Of a stretch of 64,000 nt of DNA, positions 11,503 through 20,765 are shown piece by piece. A program made the position numbers and the translations under genes. The notes under the pieces were generated by a model. That model was given only the letters and a program-made list of their open reading frames with translations, did no database searches and was not told the origin of the DNA. Numbering within the stretch: the stretch's first letter is position 1; the number at the start of each line of letters is the position of its first letter. Source of the DNA: Bdellovibrionales bacterium (GTDB lineage Bacteria > Bdellovibrionota > UBA1018 > CAIMNF01); the NCBI GenBank assembly GCA_040380025.1, contig JBEIJY010000005.1:1-64000 (forward strand), read 5' to 3'.

Positions 11503-12312
11503 TTGCAAGTCATCCGTCAACAGAAGAAGCGGGTTTCCGCATTCGTCGAATCGATCGTCCGGGGCAATGTCCTTCATTGGTCCGCCGGTCTATTGGTTTT
11601 GAGCGGAATCGCCTTCGGAGTCCATCAAGCAAGCAAGTCCTCTCTTTTTGAGCTGAGGTCCGTCGTGGTCGAACCGCTTTCCCCCGGGTATCCCCTGGTG
11701 AAAGAGACCGTGCTCCGGCTCGCCGCGGTTCCGATCGGCGGGAGGTCCCTCTTCGACGTTTCCCTGAGTCCGATCGAGGCCCGCCTCACCGGCCATCCTT
11801 GGGTCAAAGGTGTGGTGGTCGGAAAACAATTTCCAAACACGCTCTCGCTCAAAGTGATCGAACGGGTGCCGGTCGCTCTCCTTGCCGGTTCCGACGGGCG
11901 CGTGCTGTATCTCGAGGCCGACGGAGCAACCTTCGAGGATCAGGCGATGGTGTACCCCGGCGAGCTTCCGATTCTGAGCGGATTCTCGGCCGATCAGTCC
12001 GATCTGCTGAAAAAGCTGAACGCGTTCCTGAACACTTGGTTCGCACCCGACACGATTCCCGGCCTCAAACTTTCTTCTGTCGATTATGACGAAAAGCTCG
12101 GCCTTCGCGCCATGGTCACGTATCCGATGAAGAACCAGCGAATCATGCGGACGATTCTCGAGCTGGGCCTGAATCTCGAAGAAGCCGCCGCGATTCCGGT
12201 GACTCATCTTCGAAAGGTTCTCGAATACATCGCCGCCAGGTCGCAACCGGCGTCAAAGATCTGGCTCGGGGACGGAAAAAAAGTCGTTGTCAAATTTTCG
12301 AGGGGTTCATAA
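11503..12312 (+). CDS. ftsQ: Cell division protein FtsQ/DivIB
   Basis: Single TM plus POTRA (HPWVKGVVVGKQFPNTLSLKVIERVPVA), immediately upstream of ftsA. Confidence 0.88.
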   Translation: MQVIRQQKKRVSAFVESIVRGNVLHWSAGLLVLSGIAFGVHQASKSSLFELRSVVVEPLSPGYPLVKETVLRLAAVPIGGRSLFDVSLSPIEARLTGHPWVKGVVVGKQFPNTLSLKVIERVPVALLAGSDGRVLYLEADGATFEDQAMVYPGELPILSGFSADQSDLLKKLNAFLNTWFAPDTIPGLKLSSVDYDEKLGLRAMVTYPMKNQRIMRTILELGLNLEEAAAIPVTHLRKVLEYIAARSQPASKIWLGDGKKVVVKFSRGS

Positions 12313-12355
12313 ACTTTGAGCTGAATCGCGTCAGATGGAATTTTGTCGCAAAACA

Positions 12356-12384
12356 CTGGCGCAATGTTAGCATCGTGTTAGCAT
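12356..12384 (+). promoter_or_regulatory. Candidate sigma54 promoter overlapped by a TGTTAGCAT direct repeat
   Basis: CTGGCGCAATGTTAGCAT has GG-N10-GC spacing. TGTTAGCAT occurs at 12365-12373 and 12376-12384. Confidence 0.5.
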
Positions 12385-12431
12385 AAGGTTCACAGGGTCG
12401 CTGCCCGCGCTCATGGAAGGAGGAGGGTCAG

Positions 12432-13700
12432 GTGTCAAAAAAGGAATTGGTCGTAGGACTCGATATCGGAACAACCAAGGTGGTGTGCCTTGTGGGAGAG
12501 GTTCATCACGGGCCCACCTCGGATGACACCAAGATCGACATCATCGGATTCGGTCAGGCCCCTTCCGCAGGACTCCGCAAAGGAGTCGTCATCAATATCG
12601 ACGCCACCGTCGAGGCGATTCGCAAGTCAGTCAAAGAAGCCGAGAACATGGCCGGAATCAAAATCAATTCCGCCTATGTGGGCATTGCTGGCACCCATAT
12701 CAAATCCTTCAACTCCTCGGGCGTCGTCGCCGTCAAAGACAAAGAGATCACCGCCCACGATGTCCAGCGGGTCATCGAGGCCGCACAGGCCGTGGTGATT
12801 CCGCAAGACCGCGAAGTCCTGCATGTGATTCCGCAGGAATTCATCATCGATGATCAGGACGGGATCCGTGATCCGATCGGAATGAACGGCGTTCGACTCG
12901 AAGCGAAGGTCCACATCGTGACCGGCTCGATCAGCACCGCCCAGAATCTGGTCAAGTGCGCGAATCGCGCGGGCCTCACCGTCACCAAACTTTGCCTCCA
13001 GCCGATCGCCTCGAGCTCGGCCGTTCTGAGTCAGGACGAAAAAGAGCTCGGAGTCGCCCTGGTCGACATCGGCGGCGGGACCACTGATATCGCGATCTTC
13101 CGCGAGGGGGCGCTTCTGCATACGAGTGTCCTTCCGGTCGGCGGCGTTCATATCACGAACGACATCTCGGTCGGCGTTCGCGCCTCGATCGATGCCGCCG
13201 AGAAGATCAAGATCCAGCACGGCTGTGCGATGGCTTCTCTCGTGAAAGAAGACGAGACCATCGAAGTACCCGCCGTGGGCGAGGGCAAATCCAGAGTCGT
13301 CTCGCGCAAGATCCTGGCCGAGATCATCGAGCCGCGGGTCGAAGAGGTGTTTTCCCTGATCCAGGGCGAGATCACCCGTTCCGGCTATTCCGACCTTCTG
13401 GCCGCGGGAATGGTGTTCACGGGCGGCACGACCCTTTTGCAGGGAATGATCGAGCTCGGAGATTTTTATTTCGAGATCCCCCTGAAGCGGGGTGTGCCCA
13501 TCCGTCTGGGCGGTCTCAAGGAAGTCGTCAATTCACCCAAGTTTTCCACCGCGGTCGGTCTCCTGAAGTACGGAGCCGATCAGGCGTCCCGCGGGCACCA
13601 GGCCTCCCACTCCATGATCGCCGAGTCGTTCATGGGCGAGGGAGGACTTGTCGGGAAGTTCGGTGGTCAGATGAAGAGCTGGTTCAAGGATTTGTTTTAG
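12432..13700 (+). CDS. ftsA: Cell division protein FtsA
   Basis: GLDIGTTKV and DIGGGTTD motifs, C-terminal amphipathic helix (MKSWFKDLF), AGGAGG RBS. Confidence 0.97.
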   Translation: MSKKELVVGLDIGTTKVVCLVGEVHHGPTSDDTKIDIIGFGQAPSAGLRKGVVINIDATVEAIRKSVKEAENMAGIKINSAYVGIAGTHIKSFNSSGVVAVKDKEITAHDVQRVIEAAQAVVIPQDREVLHVIPQEFIIDDQDGIRDPIGMNGVRLEAKVHIVTGSISTAQNLVKCANRAGLTVTKLCLQPIASSSAVLSQDEKELGVALVDIGGGTTDIAIFREGALLHTSVLPVGGVHITNDISVGVRASIDAAEKIKIQHGCAMASLVKEDETIEVPAVGEGKSRVVSRKILAEIIEPRVEEVFSLIQGEITRSGYSDLLAAGMVFTGGTTLLQGMIELGDFYFEIPLKRGVPIRLGGLKEVVNSPKFSTAVGLLKYGADQASRGHQASHSMIAESFMGEGGLVGKFGGQMKSWFKDLF

Positions 13701-13739
13701 GGATTTTCGAAAGGCAACCATACAAGGAGGAGGAGTTCC

Positions 13740-15041
13740 ATGTTCGAGATTCAAGAAGAGAAGGCACTGGGAGCGAAAATCAAGGTCGTGGGAGTCGGCG
13801 GCGGCGGATGCAATGCCGTCAATACGATGATCCGCGCCGGACTGAGCGGCGTGGAGTTCGTTGCCGCGAACACCGACAAACAGGTATTGGAGAGCGTGCT
13901 CGCTCCCCAGAAGATCGCGATCGGCCAGGAGCTGACCCGCGGTCTCGGCGCCGGAGCGAATCCGGATGTCGGCCGCAAAGCGGCGCTCGAGGACTACGCG
14001 CAGATCTCCGAGATGCTCTCGGGTGCGGACATGGTGTTCATCACCGCCGGAATGGGCGGCGGGACCGGAACCGGTGCCGCTCCGGTGTTCGCAAAAATCG
14101 CAAAAGAAGTCGGCGCGCTCACCGTCGGAGTCGTGACGAAGCCCTTCATGTTCGAAGGCAAGAAGCGCATGAAGCAGGCCCTCGAAGGAATCAACGCCCT
14201 TCGTGAGAGCGTGGATTCGCTCATCATCATTCCGAACAACCGTCTTTTGAACATCTCGGGCGCCTCGCTGTCGATGATGCAAGCGTTCGGCAAGGCCGAT
14301 GAGGTCCTCCTGAATGCCGTCCAGGGGATTTCCGACCTGATCAACCACACCGGCTACATCAACAGCGACTTCGCCGACGTGCGCACGATCATGGGCAACA
14401 AGGGGCTTGCGCTCATGGGGATCGGATTCGGTCAGGGCGATCATCGCGCGGTCGAGGCGGCCACTGCGGCGATCTCTTCTCCTCTTCTCGAAGACGTTTC
14501 GATCAACGGAGCGACCGGGATCATCATCAACATCACCGGTGGCGCGAACCTTACCCTTCATGAAGTGAACGAGGCGACGTCGATCATTCAGGAAGCGGCC
14601 GATGAAGAGGCGCAAATCATCTTCGGAACCGTGATCGACGAGTCTCTGAATGATCGCGTGAAAGTCACTGTGATCGCGACCGGACTCGGGTGCGACGCTT
14701 CGGCTCTGCTCACCGCGACGAAGACCGCGGTACCGGTTCAGCCCCAGCGCACGGTGACTCCGCCGCCGGCGCCGGTCGTGGCTTCGAATCCGGCACCGGT
14801 GACTGCGCCTGTGAACGGGAACGTCGAGGCGGCTTCGGTAAACTTACAATCGAATTCGTCGAATTCGTCGACTCAGGCGAATCAACCGAATCCTGCCGGA
14901 GCTTCGGCGAATGCGGAATCGCCCGAACTCGCACGGGCACGCGAGATCGCTCGCCGTCTGGGGATGATTCAGCAGGACGGTCAGGACTTCGATGTGCCGG
15001 CCTTCATGCGCCGGGGCCAGGAGAATACAAATAACGCCTGA
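13740..15041 (+). CDS. ftsZ: Cell division protein FtsZ
   Basis: [10 protein letters not shown] and GMGGGTGTG tubulin motifs, C-terminal [10 protein letters not shown]. Confidence 0.99.
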   Translation: MFEIQEEKALGAKIKVVGVGGGGCNAVNTMIRAGLSGVEFVAANTDKQVLESVLAPQKIAIGQELTRGLGAGANPDVGRKAALEDYAQISEMLSGADMVFITAGMGGGTGTGAAPVFAKIAKEVGALTVGVVTKPFMFEGKKRMKQALEGINALRESVDSLIIIPNNRLLNISGASLSMMQAFGKADEVLLNAVQGISDLINHTGYINSDFADVRTIMGNKGLALMGIGFGQGDHRAVEAATAAISSPLLEDVSINGATGIIINITGGANLTLHEVNEATSIIQEAADEEAQIIFGTVIDESLNDRVKVTVIATGLGCDASALLTATKTAVPVQPQRTVTPPPAPVVASNPAPVTAPVNGNVEAASVNLQSNSSNSSTQANQPNPAGASANAESPELARAREIARRLGMIQQDGQDFDVPAFMRRGQENTNNA

Positions 15042-15069
15042 TTTTTACTGAAATTCAGGTATGGTTTCG

Positions 15070-15104
15070 GGTGCCCCGGGGATTTTCTCCGGGGCACCTT
15101 TTTT
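15070..15104 (+). terminator. Rho-independent terminator after ftsZ
   Basis: GGTGCCCCGG...CCGGGGCACC stem followed by TTTTTT. Confidence 0.8.
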
Positions 15105-15116
15105 CTTGGAGGGAGC

Positions 15117-15998
15117 ATGAATCCGTTCAGTGCGGGAGCAAAAACGATTTCGGATCACCTGAAAAAAGCGGGGCTTTCGATGCCGGCTTTCCATCTGGTG
15201 CTCGGGTCCGGGTTCAAAGACTCGCTCTCGACCGGAATCCCACCCTCATTTCAAATCCGTGGCGAACTCCCTTTCGATCAGGTCGAGGGCCTTCATTCCT
15301 CGACCGCGCCGGGGCACTCCGGAAAGTACGTGTTCGTCGAACATCTGCCCTCAAAGAGATCGGGAATCATCCAGGTCGGCAGGCTTCATGGCTATGAGGG
15401 GCTCGAGCCCCGCGAGGTCGTCCGGACCGTGATGTTCACGCGCGAACTCGGCGCGGTCGATTACTTCATCACGAACGCGGCCGGCGGCATCGACCCCGCC
15501 CATCGCACCGGCGATGTGATGGTCATCACCGATCAGATCAATCTTTCGGGCAAGAATCCCCTCTCGGGTGCGAACCCCGCCCGCCCCGACGGAACCGAGT
15601 GGGGCCCGCGCTTTCAGGACCTGACCCGCTTGTTCGATCATAAATGGAATTCGATCCTGCAAGCGGCGCTGAACCGCGAATCCCTTCGCGTGCATCAGGG
15701 GGTGTACCTCGGAGTGGCGGGGCCTGCGTTCGAGACGCCGGCCGAGATCCGGTTTTTCAGGCAAGCGGGAGCGCATGCGGTCGGAATGTCGACTGTCTGG
15801 GAGACGATCGCGCTGAAGCACTCGGGCGCGCGCGTGTGCGCGATGTCGTTGATCAGCAATCTTGCGGCGGGAATGTCGAACGGGCCGGACGGCGAGCCCG
15901 AGGAACTCGATCATTTTGCGATTCTCGATGCGTGCAAGTCGTCTTCGGTCAAGATCCTGCGCGCGATTCTGACCTCGATCGAAAAGGGGCGCGAATGA
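15117..15998 (+). CDS. Purine nucleoside phosphorylase (trimeric PNP/MTAP family)
   Basis: LVLGSG, GRLHGYEG, TNAAGGI, GPAFETPAE and VGMSTVWE motifs. Confidence 0.93.
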   Translation: MNPFSAGAKTISDHLKKAGLSMPAFHLVLGSGFKDSLSTGIPPSFQIRGELPFDQVEGLHSSTAPGHSGKYVFVEHLPSKRSGIIQVGRLHGYEGLEPREVVRTVMFTRELGAVDYFITNAAGGIDPAHRTGDVMVITDQINLSGKNPLSGANPARPDGTEWGPRFQDLTRLFDHKWNSILQAALNRESLRVHQGVYLGVAGPAFETPAEIRFFRQAGAHAVGMSTVWETIALKHSGARVCAMSLISNLAAGMSNGPDGEPEELDHFAILDACKSSSVKILRAILTSIEKGRE

Positions 15999-17359
15999 GC
16001 GCTCCTCGCTTTGATCTCGGCATCCGGTGCGGGCACTTGCTCCCGATGACGGGGGGCAGGGGGGAGGTGATCGAGAACGGGTTTGTCGGGATCCTCGGTG
16101 GCAGGATCGCCGAAGTCGGGGAATTCCGCGAGTCCCATCAAGCCGCCTCTTCTCAGTTCCTTGATCTTTCCGGGCAGATCGTCATGCCCGGTCTCATCAA
16201 CGCCCACACGCATCTTCCGATGAGTCTGTTTCGCGGCTACGAGGACGATGTTCCCTTCCATGATTGGCTGTTTAAGCGGATCTTCCCGGCCGAGGCCGAG
16301 CTGGTGGATGATTCCTTTGTTCGCACCGGAGCCGAACTCTCGGCTCTCGAGTGCATTCGCTTCGGCACCACCACGGTGAACGAGATGTACTTCCATGCTC
16401 CGGTGAGTGCGGAGGTTCTCGATCGTGCGGGCCTGCGTGCCTGGGTCGCCTGGCCGTTCATGGACTTTCCGCTTCCGGACGAGAAGCGCCTCGGTGCTTC
16501 GGCGATTCCCACGCGGGAGGCGCGGTTTTTGAAGTTTTTCGAGCAGTACCAGAATCACCCGCTCGTCCGGCCGTCGCTCGGGCCCCATGCACCTTACACC
16601 TGCGGCGATGAGGTGCTTCTTCAGGTGAAGCGTCTTTCGGATTCGCTCGGCGTTCCGATTCACATGCATGTTTCAGAAACCGCCCAAGAGGTCCGCGATT
16701 CGATCGCGAAATACGGCAAGACCCCGGTGCGGCGGCTTTTCGATCTCGGACTTCTTTCGAGCCGGTTCTTCGCCGCCCATTGCGTGCATCTCGATCAGGC
16801 CGACACCGATCTCTTCGCCTCTTCGGGCGCCTCCGTGCTCTACAATCCCGATTCGAACGTGAAGCTCGGGTCGGGCGTCGCTCCCGTTCCCGTCTACCGC
16901 AAGGCGGGAATTCCCGTGGGAATCGGAACCGACGGGCCCGCCTCGAACAACGATCTTTCGCTTTTCGGTGCGATGGATCTCGGAACAAAGATCCAAAAGC
17001 TCATGAATCACGACAACACGGCGATGGTCGCGCTCGACGCCATCCGGCTTGCGACCTGCGAGGGCGCGCGTGCGATTGGACTCGAGTCCGAGATCGGCTC
17101 GCTCGAGCCGGGAAAACGCGCCGATTTGATCAGCATCCGCACGGATTATCCGCATCTTCAGCCGCTTCACTCGGTGCTGAGTCAGCTCGTGTATGCGTGC
17201 CAGGGGCTCGAGGTCGACACGGTGATTTGCGACGGCCGGGTCCTGCTCCGCCAAGGGGCCTTCCAGACCTTGAACCCCGGCGAAGTCCTGGCGAAGGCCG
17301 AAGTGATCCGCCGGAGCCTGAAAGAGTACCTTGCGAAAACCCGTACGGAGGCTCCGTGA
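15995..17359 (+). CDS. Amidohydrolase, MTA/SAH deaminase (MtaD-like)
   Basis: PGLINAHTH, HAPYT, HMHVSET, AAHCVH and GTDGPASNN motifs. ATGA overlap with PNP. Confidence 0.88.
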   Translation: MSAPRFDLGIRCGHLLPMTGGRGEVIENGFVGILGGRIAEVGEFRESHQAASSQFLDLSGQIVMPGLINAHTHLPMSLFRGYEDDVPFHDWLFKRIFPAEAELVDDSFVRTGAELSALECIRFGTTTVNEMYFHAPVSAEVLDRAGLRAWVAWPFMDFPLPDEKRLGASAIPTREARFLKFFEQYQNHPLVRPSLGPHAPYTCGDEVLLQVKRLSDSLGVPIHMHVSETAQEVRDSIAKYGKTPVRRLFDLGLLSSRFFAAHCVHLDQADTDLFASSGASVLYNPDSNVKLGSGVAPVPVYRKAGIPVGIGTDGPASNNDLSLFGAMDLGTKIQKLMNHDNTAMVALDAIRLATCEGARAIGLESEIGSLEPGKRADLISIRTDYPHLQPLHSVLSQLVYACQGLEVDTVICDGRVLLRQGAFQTLNPGEVLAKAEVIRRSLKEYLAKTRTEAP

Positions 17360-18636
17360 AAAGCCGGCTCCGCTTGCCCGATCCTGCGGATTCGTTCGGT
17401 TATCAGAAGGGCTCGCTTGCCGTCGATGGCATTCCTTTGCAAGATCTTGCAAAAAAATTCGGTTCTCCGTTTTATGTGTATTCCGGAACGAGCATCCGGA
17501 GCGCCTATTCGGCGGTGACCAAGGCTTTTCGCGGACTGCCCCTGCAGGTGTGCTATGCGGTGAAAGCGAACTCGAACCTGCACGTTTTGAAGCTCCTCTC
17601 GAAGCTCGGAGCAGGGTGCGATCTGGTTTCGATCGGGGAATGGCATCGCGCGGAGCTCTCGGGCGTGCCGCGGGCGCGCCGGGTCCTGTCGGGAGTCGCA
17701 AAAACCGCGCAAGAGCTTGAGTTTTTGTTCCGGTACGAGAACGCGGGCGTGGGCTCGATCCATGTCGAATCCGCGATGGAGTTCGAGCTTCTCGTCCTGA
17801 TGGCGAATTCGCTCCGCCGCGCGATCACGGTGGCCTTCCGCTACAATCCCGATGTCGACGCCAACACGCTCGACAAGATCTCGACCGGTCGTAAAAAAGA
17901 CAAGTTCGGCCTGACCCGCGAGGAGATTCTCGGCCTCGTCGCGGTGTACGGCGATGATGAGTTCGTACGCATCGAGGGGCTCAGCATCCATATCGGAAGC
18001 CAGATCACCTCGCTTGCGCCCTACGATCGGGCCTTCGCGAAGCTTCGCGAGCTGAAGAACGAAGTCGAGGAGCTCCTCGGGCGGCCTCTCGGCTATGTCG
18101 ATCTCGGCGGCGGGATCGGTGTGCGTTACCGCGAAGAGACGCTGATTCCGCTCGAGGAATTCGGGGAGCTCGTGCGCAAGCATTTTCGCGGAGTGAAGAA
18201 GATCCTGATCGAGCCCGGACGCAGTCTGCTCGCGAGCGCGGGCGCATTGGTGACTTCGGTGGTTTACTCCAAGGAGCGACGCGGGAATCGCACGCTTATT
18301 CTTGATTCCGGCATGAACGATCTGGTCCGCCCGGCGCTCTACGGCGCCTGGCATGAAATCCTTCCGCTCCACGAAACAGCGCAAAAACCGATTCGCTGGG
18401 ACGTGGTGGGGGGGATCTGCGAAAGCACCGATTATTTCGCGAAAAACCGCATGATCCCGGTCGAGGGCTTGCCGGGCGAGATGCTCGCGATTCTTTCGAG
18501 TGGCGCCTACGGGTTCTCGATGAGCAGCACTTACAATTCCCGTCCGCGGATCGCCGAGGTACTCGTGGACGGCAAACGGGCGCGACTGATCCGGAAGCGC
18601 GAGACGATCGAGGATCTCGTCCGGCACGAGCGCTAA
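17356..18636 (+). CDS. lysA: Diaminopimelate decarboxylase
   Basis: YAVKAN, HIGSQI, DLGGG, IEPGR, GGICESTD and GAYG..MSSTYNSRP motifs. GTGA overlap with the upstream gene. Confidence 0.95.
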   Translation: MKSRLRLPDPADSFGYQKGSLAVDGIPLQDLAKKFGSPFYVYSGTSIRSAYSAVTKAFRGLPLQVCYAVKANSNLHVLKLLSKLGAGCDLVSIGEWHRAELSGVPRARRVLSGVAKTAQELEFLFRYENAGVGSIHVESAMEFELLVLMANSLRRAITVAFRYNPDVDANTLDKISTGRKKDKFGLTREEILGLVAVYGDDEFVRIEGLSIHIGSQITSLAPYDRAFAKLRELKNEVEELLGRPLGYVDLGGGIGVRYREETLIPLEEFGELVRKHFRGVKKILIEPGRSLLASAGALVTSVVYSKERRGNRTLILDSGMNDLVRPALYGAWHEILPLHETAQKPIRWDVVGGICESTDYFAKNRMIPVEGLPGEMLAILSSGAYGFSMSSTYNSRPRIAEVLVDGKRARLIRKRETIEDLVRHER

Positions 18637-19364
18637 GCTTGCTTTTTCGGCGAGAATTTCTTTCTGTACCGCATGTTCAGCATCTCGACCACGAGCGAGA
18701 ACGCCATCGCGAAGTAAATGTAGCCCTTCGGAATATGAAGTCCCATGCCTTCTCCGATCAGCATCACGCCGATCATGAGCAGGAATGAGAGAGCGAGGAT
18801 TTTGATGGTCGGGTGGCGCTCGACAAAATCGCCGATGCTCGCGGCCGATGCGAGCATGATCAACATCGAGATCACCATGGCTCCGATCATGATCGGAACC
18901 TGATCGACCATCCCGACGGCGGTGATCACCGAGTCGAGCGAGAACACGATGTCGAGGATCAGGATCTGCAGAAGCATCCATCCGGGTTTCTTCAGGTTTT
19001 TCGGCGAATCCCCTTCGGCCTGATGCAGGTGGACCTGCGGGTCGCCTTCGATCTTGTGGTGGATCTCGAAGGTCGATTTTGCCATCAAAAAGAGACCACC
19101 CCCGAGAAGGATCAAATCCCGGCCCGAGAAGCCTTTCTCAAAAACAGTCACAAAGGGCTCGGTCAACTGCATGATCCAGCTGATCGAAAGCAGCAGGAGG
19201 ATCCGGATGCCGAGGGCGAGCGCGATTCCGATCTTGCGGATCTTCTCGCGATCTTCGGGATCCAGGCGGCCGACCAGGATCGAGATGAAAATGATGTTGT
19301 CGATTCCGAGTACGGTTTCCATGGCGGTGAGGGTGAAGAGTGCGGTGATCGCTTCCGTGGTCAT
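18633..19364 (-). CDS. TerC family membrane protein
   Basis: METVLGIDNIIFI, DIVFSLDSVITAVG and IPKGYIYFAMAFS motifs. Confidence 0.93.
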   Translation of the reverse strand: MTTEAITALFTLTAMETVLGIDNIIFISILVGRLDPEDREKIRKIGIALALGIRILLLLSISWIMQLTEPFVTVFEKGFSGRDLILLGGGLFLMAKSTFEIHHKIEGDPQVHLHQAEGDSPKNLKKPGWMLLQILILDIVFSLDSVITAVGMVDQVPIMIGAMVISMLIMLASAASIGDFVERHPTIKILALSFLLMIGVMLIGEGMGLHIPKGYIYFAMAFSLVVEMLNMRYRKKFSPKKQA

Positions 19365-19553
19365 CTGGGGATTCCTTTGCTGATTGCTCTACTGTCGGTA
19401 TGAGGACTGGATTCGCTTGTCAAGAAGGACGGGTTCTTGGAGTCAATGGAATCGGTTTTCGGGATGGCCCGACCGGATATCGCTTTGTCAGATTACGGTT
19501 CGAATGGTGGTCCGGCGTTTACCTTTTCGCGAAAAATCAGTAAAAGGAGGGCC

Positions 19554-20765
19554 GTGTTTCCACACAGGGTTTACAGGGTCGCCAGAAGAGTCTTCCCGAC
19601 CATTCTTCTGGGGGTTTTATTCGCGGGGGTTGTTCATGCGCAAAGCATTTCACCCGCGGATTACCGGAACGTCGGAAACCTTCAAGAAGCCGATCAGGCA
19701 GTAGTCGAAATCCTGAAAAAAACCGCAAACGGCAAAGAAGTGCTTTTGTACCACGTGGGAGATGACCTTCCCCCGAATCTCGATTGGATGGTCAAACGGC
19801 TCGCGCAAAATCGCGTCCGCGTGCAATTGTTCCGGATCTCCGAAGAAGAGCTGCAAGGCGAGCTTTCCCGTCTCGAGACCGCTCCGGTTGAATATCAGGA
19901 ACTCATGACCTTCAATCGCAACGAACGGACCGGGTTTCGCGGCCTCATGGATCGTGCCCGGCGTGCGGTGAGCCGCCTTTTCGGCGTCCAGCGTTCGGCC
20001 GATCTGAGTCTCTGGGTGCCGGTCGAGAGGTCACCCGAGATCGTCAAAATCGATCGCGTGCGGGGGATTTACTCCGGCATCACGGCGAGCGCCTCCTTGG
20101 GGCTTTCGCTCGTGAGCTCATATGTGGTCGCGGGGAAGCCCCTTGAGCCCGCGATGGTGATCCCCATGGTCACGCTGGGAACTTGGGTCTACTACAACGT
20201 GAATCACTTTCGGGCGGTAGGGCAGGTCATGAGTCAGGGCGTCGCGGTCGACGCCACCAAGGCCGGCTGGCGGGTCCGACCGAGTTCCTCTTTTTATTGG
20301 TCCACGAGTTTTTTACGGTCCATGCTCACGAACGCCATTGTCCAGGCTTCCATCAACGGGCCCACGGCGATTTTTTCAGAAGAGGCCCTGTCCACGAACG
20401 TTTCGAATTCGATCTTGAGTGTCGTGAGCAAGAGCGAGATCGACAAATACATTGCGGCCAAAACCCCGACGCTCCGGGATGCGACGGGAAGAATCCTCAT
20501 TCAGCCCGGGCAATGGACCGAGAAGCAGGCCGCGAACATCAATTTCTGGTGGAACTTCTCGCACGGCATGATCAAGAACCTGCATCTGGTCCAGTTCGAC
20601 CCGGCGATGATGACCTACATTTTCGGCGGGCTCGCCGCGATCAATCTTGGCTTTTTGGTGAAAGAACAACTGCCCTCCTGGATCAACCAGTTGGAGCGTT
20701 TCGGAAAAACAGCAAGAAAGGGCGCTGAATCGTGCAACACGCTTTTGGTGATCGAAGAAACCTGA
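19554..20765 (+). CDS. Hypothetical exported membrane protein with C-terminal SCNTLL motif
   Basis: GTG at 19554 after AGGAGG, signal peptide ending VVHA|Q, several hydrophobic segments. Confidence 0.75.
   Translation: MFPHRVYRVARRVFPTILLGVLFAGVVHAQSISPADYRNVGNLQEADQAVVEILKKTANGKEVLLYHVGDDLPPNLDWMVKRLAQNRVRVQLFRISEEELQGELSRLETAPVEYQELMTFNRNERTGFRGLMDRARRAVSRLFGVQRSADLSLWVPVERSPEIVKIDRVRGIYSGITASASLGLSLVSSYVVAGKPLEPAMVIPMVTLGTWVYYNVNHFRAVGQVMSQGVAVDATKAGWRVRPSSSFYWSTSFLRSMLTNAIVQASINGPTAIFSEEALSTNVSNSILSVVSKSEIDKYIAAKTPTLRDATGRILIQPGQWTEKQAANINFWWNFSHGMIKNLHLVQFDPAMMTYIFGGLAAINLGFLVKEQLPSWINQLERFGKTARKGAESCNTLLVIEET

Noticed and set aside
14700..14930. Pro/Asn/Ser-rich stretch in ftsZ as an insertion
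   Set aside because: This is the ordinary disordered FtsZ C-terminal linker.
15644..17355. Long N-terminal extensions of mtaD and lysA in the ORF track (also ORF-track starts 31151, 32534, 33694, 35069, 61572)
   Set aside because: The extensions overlap neighbouring genes. The true starts are downstream, mostly at ATGA/GTGA junctions where family similarity begins.
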